In this document: in pieces, positions 31,632 to 41,673 of the stretch
How the letters are laid out: every line of letters begins with the position of its first letter
Position numbering within the stretch: position 1 is the first letter of the stretch
Assembly (NCBI GenBank): GCA_044507735.1
Contig: JBIQJB010000001.1
Location: 1-64,000, forward strand
Length of the DNA stretch: 64,000 nucleotides
DNA from: Nitrosopumilales archaeon
Lineage (GTDB): Archaea > Thermoproteota > Nitrososphaeria > Nitrososphaerales > Nitrososphaeraceae
Reading direction: 5' to 3'
Translations under genes and position numbers: made by a program
The notes under the pieces: model-generated
Seen by the model: only the letters and a program-made list of their open reading frames with translations
Database searches by the model: none
Told to the model about the DNA's origin: nothing

Positions 31632-32384
31632 TTGACTTATGTTCGTACACTAAAAAGAATTAGGGACAATAAAACGAATTATCGCAAGAGGGCCGCGATC
31701 CTGATCGGCAGGCACTCTTTTGTGACCGTTAAGGTAAGCGACCAGAATGTTGCAGCGCAGGTATTAAAGCCGACACCGACCGGCGACGTTGTCGTGGCTT
31801 CTGCACACAGCAGAGAGCTTGAAAAACAAGGCTGGAAGGGTGCGCTCAACAACCTGCCTGCCTGCTATCTTACTGGTATGTTGGTTGCAAAAAAAGCTCT
31901 GGATAAGGGAGTAAAGAACGCGGTCCTATACATCGGCAAAGACCACTTTACTTCAAGAGTGGCCGCTTGCATGAAGGGTATTGTTGACGGTGGGGTCTCG
32001 ATGCCTGTGTCTGAAGAGTCGCTACCTGAAGAGGAGAGGATCAGGGGCGAACACATTGCCGAGTATGCGGAGACTCTGAAGGAAAACCAGGAAGAGTACA
32101 ATTCTCGCTTTTCAGCAATTTTGAAGAAAGGTCTGAATCCGGAAGATTATCCGTCACACTTTGACGAGATAAAGAGCAAGATCTCTGGCAAGCCGATAGA
32201 AAAGCCGGTTGCCGGTGGATCCAAAGAGTCCTCAACAGACGCCTCTGCGGAAGAGGAAAAGAAGGCAACTCCTGCAAAGAAGGAAAAGAAGGAGAGCAAG
32301 TCACCAGAAAAAAAGAAAGCAAAAGAAGAAAAGGGGAAAGAAAAGAAGGATACCGCTAAGGGAGGCAAGAGCAAGAAGAAATGA
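31632..32384 (+). CDS. rpl18: 50S ribosomal protein L18 (uL18) with long charged tail
   Basis: KTNYRKR, AHSREL, ACYLTG; K/E-rich C-terminal extension. Confidence 0.95.
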   Translation: MTYVRTLKRIRDNKTNYRKRAAILIGRHSFVTVKVSDQNVAAQVLKPTPTGDVVVASAHSRELEKQGWKGALNNLPACYLTGMLVAKKALDKGVKNAVLYIGKDHFTSRVAACMKGIVDGGVSMPVSEESLPEEERIRGEHIAEYAETLKENQEEYNSRFSAILKKGLNPEDYPSHFDEIKSKISGKPIEKPVAGGSKESSTDASAEEEKKATPAKKEKKESKSPEKKKAKEEKGKEKKDTAKGGKSKKK

Positions 32385-33001
32385 GTCGTTACACGCCAAG
32401 TCAACAGCAGCAGGTTGAATGGAAGCCTAGAACCACGCTTGGAAGCATGGTGCTGGCAGGCAAGATAAACTCGATGGACCAGATCTACGAGAATGGCATG
32501 AGGATACAGGAAGCCGAAATAGTCAAACACCTCCTGCCGGACATGAAGAGCCAGGTTGTGCACGTTGGTATTGTCCAAAAGCAGACCGACGCGGGCGAAA
32601 TGACACGCTTCAACGCCCTGGTAGCAGTAGGGAACGAGGCAGGCTGGTTTGGCATAGGAAAGGGCAAGGCCTCTCAGATGAGGGTCGCAATCGACAAGGC
32701 AACCAATGCTGCTTTTCTTAATGTAATTCCAGTAAAGCTTGGGTGTGGAAGCTGGGAGTGCAAGTGCAACCAGCTCCATTCTGTCCCGTTCAAGGTGAGG
32801 GGTAAAGGCGGTAGCGTTACAATTGAGATCATTCCGGGACCAAGAGGTCTTGGCATAGTGGCGGGTGAGAACATCAAGAGTCTTCTCAAGCTTGCCGGAC
32901 TGAAGGACTCATGGACAAAGTCATTCGGATCAACAAACACGATGTCATCCACAACTAAGGCGATTTTCAATGCTCTCAGGAGCACATACAGCGTAGGTTG
33001 A
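32381..33001 (+). CDS. rps5: 30S ribosomal protein S5 (uS5)
   Basis: WKPRTTLG, GCGSWEC, PGPRGLG. Confidence 0.97.
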   Translation: MSRYTPSQQQQVEWKPRTTLGSMVLAGKINSMDQIYENGMRIQEAEIVKHLLPDMKSQVVHVGIVQKQTDAGEMTRFNALVAVGNEAGWFGIGKGKASQMRVAIDKATNAAFLNVIPVKLGCGSWECKCNQLHSVPFKVRGKGGSVTIEIIPGPRGLGIVAGENIKSLLKLAGLKDSWTKSFGSTNTMSSTTKAIFNALRSTYSVG

Positions 33002-33012
33002 TGGTGAGATTC

Positions 33013-33471
33013 ATGGCATATCTAGTAGTCAGAATAAAGGGCACCGTTAACATCCCACAGTGGGCGCGAAAGACGCTTGACGGGTTAAACCTCGACAAGC
33101 GATTCCGCGCTACAATCGTGCCAGAGAACAACGAATACCTCGGAATGCTCAGGACTGTCAAAGATGTTGTCGCTTGGACAAAGGCCGACGCCGGCATTGT
33201 CAAGGAACTGCTTGAGAAACGTGGCAGGAAGGCCGGATACAAACCAATAACAACATCTGACATCCCAAAGGAGTACAAGAGCCTCGACGACCTCGCATCG
33301 GCGATAGCTGACAACAAGGTCGCGATGAGCAAACTCGAGGGGATCAAGCCCTGGTTTGCACTAAACCCTCCAAGAGGCGGATTCAAGAGAAAGACCAAGA
33401 CCCAGTACGCGCAGGATGGTGTTCTGGGAGAAGACACAGAGCTTGTCGAGATTGTAAAGAGGATGCTCTAA
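33013..33471 (+). CDS. rpl30: 50S ribosomal protein L30 (uL30)
   Basis: YLVVRIKG, LNPPRGG; operon position. Confidence 0.95.
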   Translation: MAYLVVRIKGTVNIPQWARKTLDGLNLDKRFRATIVPENNEYLGMLRTVKDVVAWTKADAGIVKELLEKRGRKAGYKPITTSDIPKEYKSLDDLASAIADNKVAMSKLEGIKPWFALNPPRGGFKRKTKTQYAQDGVLGEDTELVEIVKRML

Positions 33472-33543
33472 GTGCAGCAAGACTTAATTAAGGTGCAGTT
33501 GGACGTGATAGCAAATAATTCCAGCCCGGTGATGATGTGATTT

Positions 33544-33987
33544 ATGGCTACCAGATTTAGAAAAAGCAGAAGACAGCGCGGCAGCAGGTACTGCGGCTGG
33601 GGCCAGATCGGCCAGCACAGACAGGCCGGCGGCAGAGGCGGCGTTGGTGGCGCCGGAAAGCACAAGCACTTTTTCATACGTACAGTAATCGAGGAACCTG
33701 ACCATTTCGGTCACGATCCATTCAACTCCTTTAACCGCAACCTTGTACACAAGTGGATAAATGTACGCGACCTTGACACCGTTTTTGCAAAGCACGGCAA
33801 GGCCGACGAAAATGGAAAGGTTGTCCTCGACCTGACCTCGCTGGGCTACGACAAGCTGCTGGGCGGAGGCTCTATCAGCGGGGCTTATGCGATCAAAGTG
33901 GCCAAGGTTTCAGAAAGTGCAAGGAGCAAGATCGAAGCTGCAGGTGGCGAGGTTATAACAGAAGATGAGCAGCACGACGACAAGTGA
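33544..33987 (+). CDS. rpl15: 50S ribosomal protein L15 (uL15)
   Basis: RGSRYCGWG, GYDKLLGGG, KIEAAGG. Confidence 0.96.
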   Translation: MATRFRKSRRQRGSRYCGWGQIGQHRQAGGRGGVGGAGKHKHFFIRTVIEEPDHFGHDPFNSFNRNLVHKWINVRDLDTVFAKHGKADENGKVVLDLTSLGYDKLLGGGSISGAYAIKVAKVSESARSKIEAAGGEVITEDEQHDDK

Positions 33988-35422
33988 GCATGGGCTCAGG
34001 CGGTTCATAAAGGCCGCATCTGCTTATGTTCCGCAGGTTCCGAAGCCGAAAAAGAAGATCTCGCTGACAGAAAAATTCGTCTGGACAGGAATTGCTCTCT
34101 TTGCATACCTTATCATGGCGCAGATCCCTCTCTACGGTGTAACAGATGACCCTGCATTCGACTTTCTCGCTTTTGCACGTGTAATCTTCGCCGCGCAGCA
34201 AGGAACTCTGATGGAACTTGGTATCGGGCCAATAGTCACAGCCGGCTTGTTGATGCAGCTTCTCAAGGGCTCCGACCTTATCAAGCTGGACTTCAAGAAC
34301 CCAGACGACAGGTCGCTCTTTACATCCGCGACCAAGATAGTCACGATAATAGTAATAGTGGCAGAGGGTGCTCTCTATGGCGGTAGCGTATACGGTCCTC
34401 TGATGTCGGCCGAGGCTCCTTATGCCATAGGCATACTTGTTGCCCAGCTTATCGGTGCCAGCGTCATTGTCATGCTGCTTGACGAGATGATACAGAAGGG
34501 CTGGGGCGTAGGATCTGGTCTCAGTCTGTTCATCATGGCCGGTATTGCGCAGACGATATTGTGGAGTGTGTTTAGTGTCGCACCATCACAAGTGGATGAT
34601 GGACCGTTAGGTATATTCCCCTTCACTATTGATGCGTTAATCAACGGGAATGGTGGCGATGCAATATTCCGTACCGGACAGCTACCGAACCTCTTTGTAC
34701 TTGCGCTGACTATTGGAGTCATACTCGCGCTCGTGTATATAGAGGGCATACACGTTGATGTCCCCATAGTGTCTACAAAGTACAGGGGCTTTACTGCAGT
34801 TTACCCGATCAAGCTGCTCTATACTTCCGTTATACCTGTAATACTTGCATCTGCACTCCTTGCCAATGCTGTTTTCATGGGTCAGATGCTATGGGCCAAC
34901 TACAACCCCAACAATACAAACCCTGCCTTCAACTGGCTTGCGCAGTTTGAGCGAAGCGCACAAGGTGGGCAAGCGAATCCGACAGGGGGCCTGCTATACT
35001 ACATTACTGCTCCAAGGGGGCTTGATGTGGCGGCAGCCGATCCATTGAGAGCATTTGTGTACGTAATATTCTTGACAGGCATTGTGACCGTCTTTTCAAG
35101 GCTATGGGTCGAGCTTGGCGGACTATCTGCGAGGACTGCCGCGCGCAATCTGCTTGATGCCGATGTGCAGGTGCCTGGTTTCAGACGATCTGAAGGATCG
35201 GTCGAGACGCTACTCAACAGGTACATTCCCTCGCTCACACTGCTGTCCGGAATTATAATCGGACTTCTAGCCGGCATTTCAGACGTGCTTGGAGTTCTTG
35301 GTTCTGGAACAGGGATTTTGCTTATGGTAAACATCATGGTCAGCTACTATCAGACGCTGGTCAAAGAGCAGGTGGACACTTACATGCCCGGTCTGGCGGC
35401 TCTGCTTGGCAGAAAACAGTAA
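33965..35422 (+). CDS. secY: Preprotein translocase SecY
   Basis: GTLMELGIGPIVTA, KGWGVGSG.SLFI, YPIKLLY, GSGTGILL. Confidence 0.98.
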   Translation: MSSTTTSEHGLRRFIKAASAYVPQVPKPKKKISLTEKFVWTGIALFAYLIMAQIPLYGVTDDPAFDFLAFARVIFAAQQGTLMELGIGPIVTAGLLMQLLKGSDLIKLDFKNPDDRSLFTSATKIVTIIVIVAEGALYGGSVYGPLMSAEAPYAIGILVAQLIGASVIVMLLDEMIQKGWGVGSGLSLFIMAGIAQTILWSVFSVAPSQVDDGPLGIFPFTIDALINGNGGDAIFRTGQLPNLFVLALTIGVILALVYIEGIHVDVPIVSTKYRGFTAVYPIKLLYTSVIPVILASALLANAVFMGQMLWANYNPNNTNPAFNWLAQFERSAQGGQANPTGGLLYYITAPRGLDVAAADPLRAFVYVIFLTGIVTVFSRLWVELGGLSARTAARNLLDADVQVPGFRRSEGSVETLLNRYIPSLTLLSGIIIGLLAGISDVLGVLGSGTGILLMVNIMVSYYQTLVKEQVDTYMPGLAALLGRKQ

Positions 35423-35999
35423 ACGCGCTATAATCGTTGGAATCCCCGGCGTGGGCAAGACCACCGTCATCACCCGCGCAGCAGAGATGCTCAACCAGAA
35501 GCGCAAAACAACGGTCATGGTTTTCGGCACTGTCATGTTTGAAGAGGCGCAGAAAATGGGGCTCAAAAGCAGGGATGAGATGCGCAAGATGCCAGTAGAT
35601 GACCAGCGCCGCTTGCAGGAGATGGCTGCACAGCGGATCGCCGACATGAAGGACGATATCGTTCTGATCGATACCCACCTTTTTATAAACACGTCAGAAG
35701 GATACTATCCTGGACTACCAATGAGACTGCTGAACATAATGAAGCCGACCAACCTTGTGATGATAGCGGCAGAAGCAAGAGAGATCGCAGAGCGGCGCAA
35801 GACAGACCAGACCCGCCAGCGCGATATTGCCTCTGCTGAAGACATACAGAAAGAACTCGACATTTCGCGGGTTATGGTGGCTTCGTGCTCTATATTGACA
35901 GGCGCGCCTTTTGCAATAGTTATGAATACTGATGGCGGCGTGGACAAAGCGGCAGCAAATATAGCGAAGATACTTGCGGGAGATGATGGGACGCCATGA
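35406..35999 (+). CDS. adkA: Archaeal adenylate kinase
   Basis: GIPGVGKTT, RDEMRK, IDTH, GYYPGLP. Confidence 0.95.
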   Translation: MAENSKRAIIVGIPGVGKTTVITRAAEMLNQKRKTTVMVFGTVMFEEAQKMGLKSRDEMRKMPVDDQRRLQEMAAQRIADMKDDIVLIDTHLFINTSEGYYPGLPMRLLNIMKPTNLVMIAAEAREIAERRKTDQTRQRDIASAEDIQKELDISRVMVASCSILTGAPFAIVMNTDGGVDKAAANIAKILAGDDGTP

Positions 36000-36631
36000 A
36001 TCTACTAGAGCTTATTATAATGCAGTTGCCTCTTGCCCCGCAGTACACTCAACATCCGATATTCCCAGACTTGCTCTCTGCCACAATAGTTGCACTCCTA
36101 ATCTCTGTCGGAATGAACTTTGGGTTTGCGATGCTCCGGAAAAAGACCACTGACATTGAAAAGATGAGCCGAGTCATGAAAGAGACAACAGAGTGGCGCA
36201 AACAGTACACCGACGCGATCAAGAAGCAAGACAAGGCGCGTATTGAGGAGCTGAAAAAGAAGCAGGCATATGTCAACAAGATGGCGCTAGAGATGCAGCA
36301 GCAACAAATGCGCCCAATGTTCATCTATATGATACCATCGTTTATGATCTGGATACTGGTGTTCCCAACAATATTCGGTGGGACGGTTGCACTGTCGCCG
36401 ATATATTTCCCATGGATTAGCTGCAGCGACGAGAATGTGCATACAGATACACAGCCAAAGCTCAACGAGGACGGCACGACTGCAACAGACGAAAGTGGGA
36501 ATGTTCTTCTCTCTGGCCCTTGCAGAATACCCGGCAACATGTACTTGTGGGGTTGGTTCCTCATAACCTCGTTCGGGTTCAGCGGCATTATAGCTAAGCT
36601 GACCAAGACCAACATGCCGAGCATGACTTAG
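35996..36631 (+). CDS. EMC3/TMCO1 (DUF106) membrane insertase family protein
   Basis: TM-coiled coil-TM architecture; position after adk. Confidence 0.85.
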   Translation: MNLLELIIMQLPLAPQYTQHPIFPDLLSATIVALLISVGMNFGFAMLRKKTTDIEKMSRVMKETTEWRKQYTDAIKKQDKARIEELKKKQAYVNKMALEMQQQQMRPMFIYMIPSFMIWILVFPTIFGGTVALSPIYFPWISCSDENVHTDTQPKLNEDGTTATDESGNVLLSGPCRIPGNMYLWGWFLITSFGFSGIIAKLTKTNMPSMT

Positions 36632-36633
36632 AA

Positions 36634-37251
36634 TTGACAACATCAGACAATAACAACAATAGCAATAAGAAATTCAGCATTGTCATTTCTGGATGGCCTG
36701 CCGTGGGCAAGACCACTATAGCAGGCAAGCTTGCAGAAGAGTTTGGCCTTGTCATGTACAACGGCGGGGACATACTGAAGATGCTTGCATCGGAAAGGGG
36801 ATACCTGACGGCCCGGGATGATTGGTGGGATACCGACGAAGCGAAAAAGTTCATGGAGGAACGCAAGTCCGACCCTTCTTTTGACAAGAAGGTGGACAAG
36901 AAGCTAGAAGAGATTGTAAGAGATGGGGGTGCGGTCATTACCAGCTATACTCTGCCTTGGCTAGTAAAGGAAGAAGAAGGAGGAGAGTCGGTGATAAAGC
37001 TATGGCTGCGGGGATCACCGGACAACAGGGCAAAGAGGATGGCAAACCGCGACGACATCAGCTTTGCAGAAGCAAGAAGGATAATCGACATGAGGGATGA
37101 AGAGAACAAAAAGATCTATCATCAGTTGTACGGATTTCGCTTTGGCGAGGACCTGACAGTCTTTGATTACGTCCTCAACACTGACAGGCTTCCACTCCCT
37201 TCGCTGATCGAGATATCCAAATTAATAGTCAGGCGGCACATAGGTGGATAG
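36634..37251 (+). CDS. cmk: Cytidylate kinase
   Basis: ISGWPAVGKTT, RAKRMANRD, YHQLYG. Confidence 0.9.
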   Translation: MTTSDNNNNSNKKFSIVISGWPAVGKTTIAGKLAEEFGLVMYNGGDILKMLASERGYLTARDDWWDTDEAKKFMEERKSDPSFDKKVDKKLEEIVRDGGAVITSYTLPWLVKEEEGGESVIKLWLRGSPDNRAKRMANRDDISFAEARRIIDMRDEENKKIYHQLYGFRFGEDLTVFDYVLNTDRLPLPSLIEISKLIVRRHIGG

Positions 37252-37261
37252 GTAATCACGC

Positions 37262-38335
37262 TTGAAGCTGCCACAGCTCGAGAACCTTGTAAGGGTAGAC
37301 GATGACGTCACCAATGACAATTATGGCCACTACCCTGACAAGAGACCCATTGAATCACTGCTATATTATGGACTAGTCCTGGTGGACAAACCAGCCGGGC
37401 CATCAAGCCACGAAGTCGTGGCCTGGGTCAAGCGCATACTTGAGATTGAAAAGGCAGGGCACAGCGGCACACTGGATCCTGGGGCGACCGGGCTCCTGCC
37501 AATCGGTCTCGGGGAGGGTACCAAGGCGCTTTCAGTCCTCTTGCTCGGACCAAAGGAGTACTATGCAATTGCACGGCTCCACTCTCATGTTTCAGACGAC
37601 AGGCTCAAGCGTGTAATAAGCGAGTTCACGGGAGAAATATACCAGCGGCCGCCCCAACGCTCGTCTGTCCGTCGGGTCACCCGCGTAAGGACGGTATATG
37701 AATTTGATCACCTGGAAACTTATGATAGGCTTGTGCTGATGCGGATCCTATGCCAGGCAGGTACGTACATTCGCAAGATCATTTATGACATTGGCGAAGT
37801 GCTGTCTCCGGGTGCAACCATGGTTGAACTTCGCAGGACAAGGGTGAGCAACTTGTCGGAGCAGAACAATGGTAGCGGGGGGCTTGTCAGGCTACATGAC
37901 CTTGCCGACGCATACCAGCGCTACAAGGAAACAAAAGACGACGAAAAGCTGCGCCGGCTGGTAATTCCGATCGAGCACTGCCTTGAAGGGATAAGAGGTG
38001 TGATGGTGCGGGACACCGCAGTCGACGCACTATGCCACGGTGCGCCGCTGGCAGTCCCGGGAGTGGTCGCAGTGCCAGAAGACATGAGAGTGGGCGAACT
38101 CGTGGGCATCTATACCCTGAAGGGTGAAATTATTGGTCTTGGTCAGGCTGCCATGACAAAGGAGGAGATCGAGCAGAATGCCCGGGGAATTGCGTTTGCC
38201 ATCCGGCGCATAATCATGAAGCCAAACACCTACCCCAAGGCGTGGCGTTCCAAGGGTGAGCAGGCAGCCGGCGTTAAAGTGCCCTCAGAGGTTGACCTTG
38301 ATAGGCTGGAGACTGAAAACGCTGACGAACTATGA
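37262..38335 (+). CDS. cbf5: H/ACA pseudouridine synthase Cbf5
   Basis: DKPAGPSSHEV, GHSGTLDP, GTYIRK, PUA domain. Confidence 0.97.
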   Translation: MKLPQLENLVRVDDDVTNDNYGHYPDKRPIESLLYYGLVLVDKPAGPSSHEVVAWVKRILEIEKAGHSGTLDPGATGLLPIGLGEGTKALSVLLLGPKEYYAIARLHSHVSDDRLKRVISEFTGEIYQRPPQRSSVRRVTRVRTVYEFDHLETYDRLVLMRILCQAGTYIRKIIYDIGEVLSPGATMVELRRTRVSNLSEQNNGSGGLVRLHDLADAYQRYKETKDDEKLRRLVIPIEHCLEGIRGVMVRDTAVDALCHGAPLAVPGVVAVPEDMRVGELVGIYTLKGEIIGLGQAAMTKEEIEQNARGIAFAIRRIIMKPNTYPKAWRSKGEQAAGVKVPSEVDLDRLETENADEL

Positions 38336-38654
38336 TGATCTAGTTAAATGATTGGCTAGATTATGAATAAGCTGTAATGAAATAGCTGCTTGATACCTTG
38401 CCACTATCAACCTGAGAATTTCGGGTGATAAATTGGGATATTGCTGGATTTTCAAGAATAGCGGTGGGGCCTTGATGGAATCTTACCAAGACAGAGACGG
38501 CTAGAGTTATGGTTCTATGTGATGACTTGACTGATATCTGAAAGAAAGGAAGTACAACAAGGATGCCATAACGCTAAAGAAAATGGCAAAAGTGTTTGCT
38601 TGCATCATCGGCGTGACAAGCTGAACAATGCACCGATCAACACCCAAAAAAGTG

Positions 38655-38819
38655 TTAGAGGGTTTCGCCTATGCCGGGCCTCTTGCGATCCAGCTTGGCA
38701 ATATTCTTTGCAAGGTTTTCAATAGTGCCTGGAATGTGGCACTTACACATGCAGTCGTTACAATCAACATGGTTGCCGCCCTTACAATTGTCGGATAATC
38801 CTTGAGCAGACAAAATCAT
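38655..38819 (-). CDS. 54-aa Cys/His-rich microprotein (not in ORF track)
   Basis: MILSAQGLSDNCKGGNHVDCNDCMCKCHIPGTIENLAKNIAKLDRKRPGIGETL; GAGGGAGG upstream. Confidence 0.6.
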   Translation of the reverse strand: MILSAQGLSDNCKGGNHVDCNDCMCKCHIPGTIENLAKNIAKLDRKRPGIGETL

Positions 38820-39024
38820 TGATGATTGCTGCCTCCCTCAATTTTTAGTTTTGTCTTGGGTACGTGCTATTGTTTTCAACTATTTCCACCTAGAACGACA
38901 CATAGCATATCATCCGGTGTGTTTCAGGCAGCCTCTGGACTAGTTCCGTCGAAGGAATGGCGCCCTGCAACCCACAATATCGGCTTATGATTAATATACA
39001 GACAGGTTTGTCCAAGATGTGGGT

Positions 39025-39125
39025 GCCGGGATCGCCTAGCCCGGTAGGGCGCAAGCCTGGAATTTGTCAAACCGGCCAGCTTGTGACCCGTGAGGGTCCC
39101 GAGGGTTCAAATCCCTCTCCCGGCG
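39025..39125 (+). tRNA. tRNA-Ser(GGA) with 15-nt intron at 37/38 (39063-39077)
   Basis: GCCGGGA/TCCCGGC acceptor stem, CAAGC/GCTTG anticodon stem, long variable arm, GGTTCAAATCC T-arm, TATA TTAATATA at 38991. Confidence 0.93.
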
Positions 39126-39279
39126 CTGTGTTTGGGGAGTCATCAGCGAAGAGCATCGACGAACGCAGCAGCAAAAAACCAAGCTCAACAAGGGTTTTAA
39201 CTCGGAAGTGCACATCGGTAGACAAGCACCAACCGACTTCCTACCTGACTCGCACCAAGCAGGAAGGAAGAACTCAAAG

Positions 39280-40713
39280 TTGAAAACGAGAACAGCCCGC
39301 AAGGGCAATGGTAACCGGCATAGGCAATCGTCTACTGTTATTTGTAAAAAGACGGAAGCTGCTGGAACGACGGCACTGGAATCGCAGATAGATGCGATAA
39401 CTCATGCACTGAGACCATATATCGCCTCCGCGTTTAAGGCAATGGCTGCTGGCAACCCTGCAAACGCCAAGGTACTTTGCAGTTATATAATTGCCGAGCA
39501 GACAGAGTTCAACATCAAGGATTCCACCAAGGATTGGAAAATTAAAGTCCTGATATGGCTGTCTCAGCATTTTGGTCACGGCAAAGCCTACGCAGACATG
39601 GCAAAGGAGGATATTCTGCTCTACTTAAATTCGCTGAGAAAGCAGCCATCCGACGACCCTGACCAAAAGTGGGTGGGCACGTACAACAACCGCATTCTGG
39701 CTTTCAGCAAGTTCTTCAGGTGGCTGTACTGCCCTGACGAGCCGGACATTCGCAAGAGGCCTGTCCCTGAATGCATGAGAGGTGTCAGGAGGCTGCCGCC
39801 CCGGAAAAAGTCGTCGTACAAGCCATCTGACATGTGGACAGATGAAGAGTCTGCTGTATTTGTGAAGTACTGCCCGTCTGCGCGGGACAGGTGCTTTCAC
39901 ATGATGGCTTCAGATACGTCGGCTCGTCCCCACGAGCTGCTTGCCCTCAAAATCAGAGATGTTCACTTCAAGGCGGCACCGGATACCGGGATTCAGTTCG
40001 CGCTGATAACCGTGTCAGGCAAGACTGGCCAGAGGACGTTACCTCTGATAGATTCTATACCATATGTCAAGGAGTGGATTGGACGGCACCCCTATACTGG
40101 CAATCCAGACGCTCCTCTGTTCATCGCAATGGCTGACCAGAATTTTGGACAGCAGCTGAGCGTGAACGGGATTCGTGAGCAATACAAGTACCAGTACAGG
40201 AAGGTGACGTTCCCAAAGCTTTTGATTGATTCGAGCGTGCCGGAAGAGGACAAGTCCATCGTCCGCAAAATGCTTGAAAAGCCATGGAACCCGTACGTGC
40301 TTCGCCACAGCTCGCTGACTGCAAAGTCCAAGGTGCTCAGCGAGCACACGCTGCGCAACCATGCCGGCTGGACGATGACTAGCAAAATGCCCGCAGTGTA
40401 CGTGCACTACATGGGAGCCGAGTCGGCGCAGCTGATACTGGAGCAGAGAGGAATCCTACAGAGCGGCAGCCAGAAAGGGACGGAGATTCTAAAGCCAAGG
40501 ACTTGTCCAAATTGCGGCGAACCCAACAGAAATGATTCAAAATTCTGCAGCAAGTGTAAAATGGTTCTGGTCTATGATGCGTACGATGATGCAATCCAGA
40601 ATGAGAAGGCGGGAAAGGTGCGCATCGACAACTTGGAGCAAGATGTAGCCGAACTTAGAGAACTGCTGAAAGACCCTCGGAAACTAGCCCAAATAGAGGA
40701 AGCGGAGGAATAG
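39280..40713 (+). CDS. Tyrosine recombinase/integrase with C-terminal Zn ribbon
   Basis: SARPHELL (R), GKTG (K), YVLRH, HAGW, VYVHY (Y); CPNC..CSKC; TTG start at 39280 assumed. Confidence 0.93.
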   Translation: MKTRTARKGNGNRHRQSSTVICKKTEAAGTTALESQIDAITHALRPYIASAFKAMAAGNPANAKVLCSYIIAEQTEFNIKDSTKDWKIKVLIWLSQHFGHGKAYADMAKEDILLYLNSLRKQPSDDPDQKWVGTYNNRILAFSKFFRWLYCPDEPDIRKRPVPECMRGVRRLPPRKKSSYKPSDMWTDEESAVFVKYCPSARDRCFHMMASDTSARPHELLALKIRDVHFKAAPDTGIQFALITVSGKTGQRTLPLIDSIPYVKEWIGRHPYTGNPDAPLFIAMADQNFGQQLSVNGIREQYKYQYRKVTFPKLLIDSSVPEEDKSIVRKMLEKPWNPYVLRHSSLTAKSKVLSEHTLRNHAGWTMTSKMPAVYVHYMGAESAQLILEQRGILQSGSQKGTEILKPRTCPNCGEPNRNDSKFCSKCKMVLVYDAYDDAIQNEKAGKVRIDNLEQDVAELRELLKDPRKLAQIEEAEE

Positions 40714-40982
40714 CAAATTCAGCTGCATTATGTGGTTTCCAGCTGAAAATGCAAGACCCCGATGAAGGTACTGCTAAATTCGTATTCTTGTCCTGCATGG
40801 CAGAAAATCATTTCTTTTGCAAAAATATTCTTTCAACAACCTATTTTTTTCACGACCTTGTCTATTGTAAATACGATTCAGACCAAAGGATGAGCTCATG
40901 ACGATTTTCGATATTCATAGTACTTTTTAACGCATTTTGCAATAGAGTTTCCTGTGAGGTTTACAAAAATAAATCTCGGTAA

Positions 40983-41026
40983 GTTGCAAGCGAGCGAGGG
41001 CCGCGAAACCATTGCTCGCTTGCAAC
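40983..41026. repeat. 13-bp perfect inverted repeat (hairpin)
   Basis: GTTGCAAGCGAGC...GCTCGCTTGCAAC. Confidence 0.9.
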
Positions 41027-41084
41027 GAGCTGACCACTACAGACCTGATTTTTCCATCAGGAAGGTAGGTAGGAGGTCAGTGCA

Positions 41085-41306
41085 ATGACAAAAGGGGAAT
41101 TCTCTGATATAAATCTCTCAGAGAATGGGAACGTACCTAGAGTTATCGTAAAGCGCGCATGGGAAGTGGGCCAGCTGACAATCGTGGTCATTGACAAGGC
41201 TCTGGCTCAGGCGCTTCACATAGCGGATGGTACGGTGCTGGAGCAGATACCTGCGCAAGAAGGTATACTGCTCCGCATAAAAAAGGAGGTACGCAGAAGT
41301 GATTGA
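41085..41306 (+). CDS. AbrB/SpoVT-like DNA-binding protein
   Basis: TIVVIDKALAQALHI..GTVLEQ...GILLR pattern; AGGAGGT RBS. Confidence 0.7.
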   Translation: MTKGEFSDINLSENGNVPRVIVKRAWEVGQLTIVVIDKALAQALHIADGTVLEQIPAQEGILLRIKKEVRRSD

Positions 41307-41673
41307 GCCAACTGGTAAGATCTGGAGGATAATCTGCCAGCTCTATCCTGATTCCTCTCTCCAAGATAGGTTGGTGATGTATGAAGTGTACTGGGCCGAG
41401 TGGGATGGATGCCCATACTACATCGAGGTCGTTGGCAGGATCATGGAGAAATGGTCGCATGCGTTCACGGCTCGTAGACAGGTTCACGACCAGATCCGCA
41501 AGCTTGTAGAAGAAGGGTCTGTTCGATGCAGGCTGTGTGCGATCAACGAAACACACGATCCGTTTGAAGTGGACGACTTCCAGCCATGGATTGTCCTGCT
41601 GACGAACTTGGAAGTCATGGCAGCTCTGGCCGGCGAGCCTTCAGTTGTGGAGGAGGTTATTCAGATTGGCTGA
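41299..41673 (+). CDS. Hypothetical protein (CxxC)
   Basis: AGGAGGT RBS upstream; overlaps both neighbours. Confidence 0.6.
   Translation: MIEPTGKIWRIICQLYPDSSLQDRLVMYEVYWAEWDGCPYYIEVVGRIMEKWSHAFTARRQVHDQIRKLVEEGSVRCRLCAINETHDPFEVDDFQPWIVLLTNLEVMAALAGEPSVVEEVIQIG

Noticed and set aside
35996-37262. No L34e or L14e genes around cmk
   Set aside because: Consistent with the reported absence of these proteins in Thaumarchaeota
38332-38541. Possible C/D box sRNAs (ATGATGA..CTGA; GTGATGA..CTGA)
   Set aside because: Box spacing is too long or too short and no C'/D' boxes or guide targets are evident
38957-39308. Track ORFs overlapping the tRNA-Ser
   Set aside because: Artefacts of the GC-rich tRNA sequence
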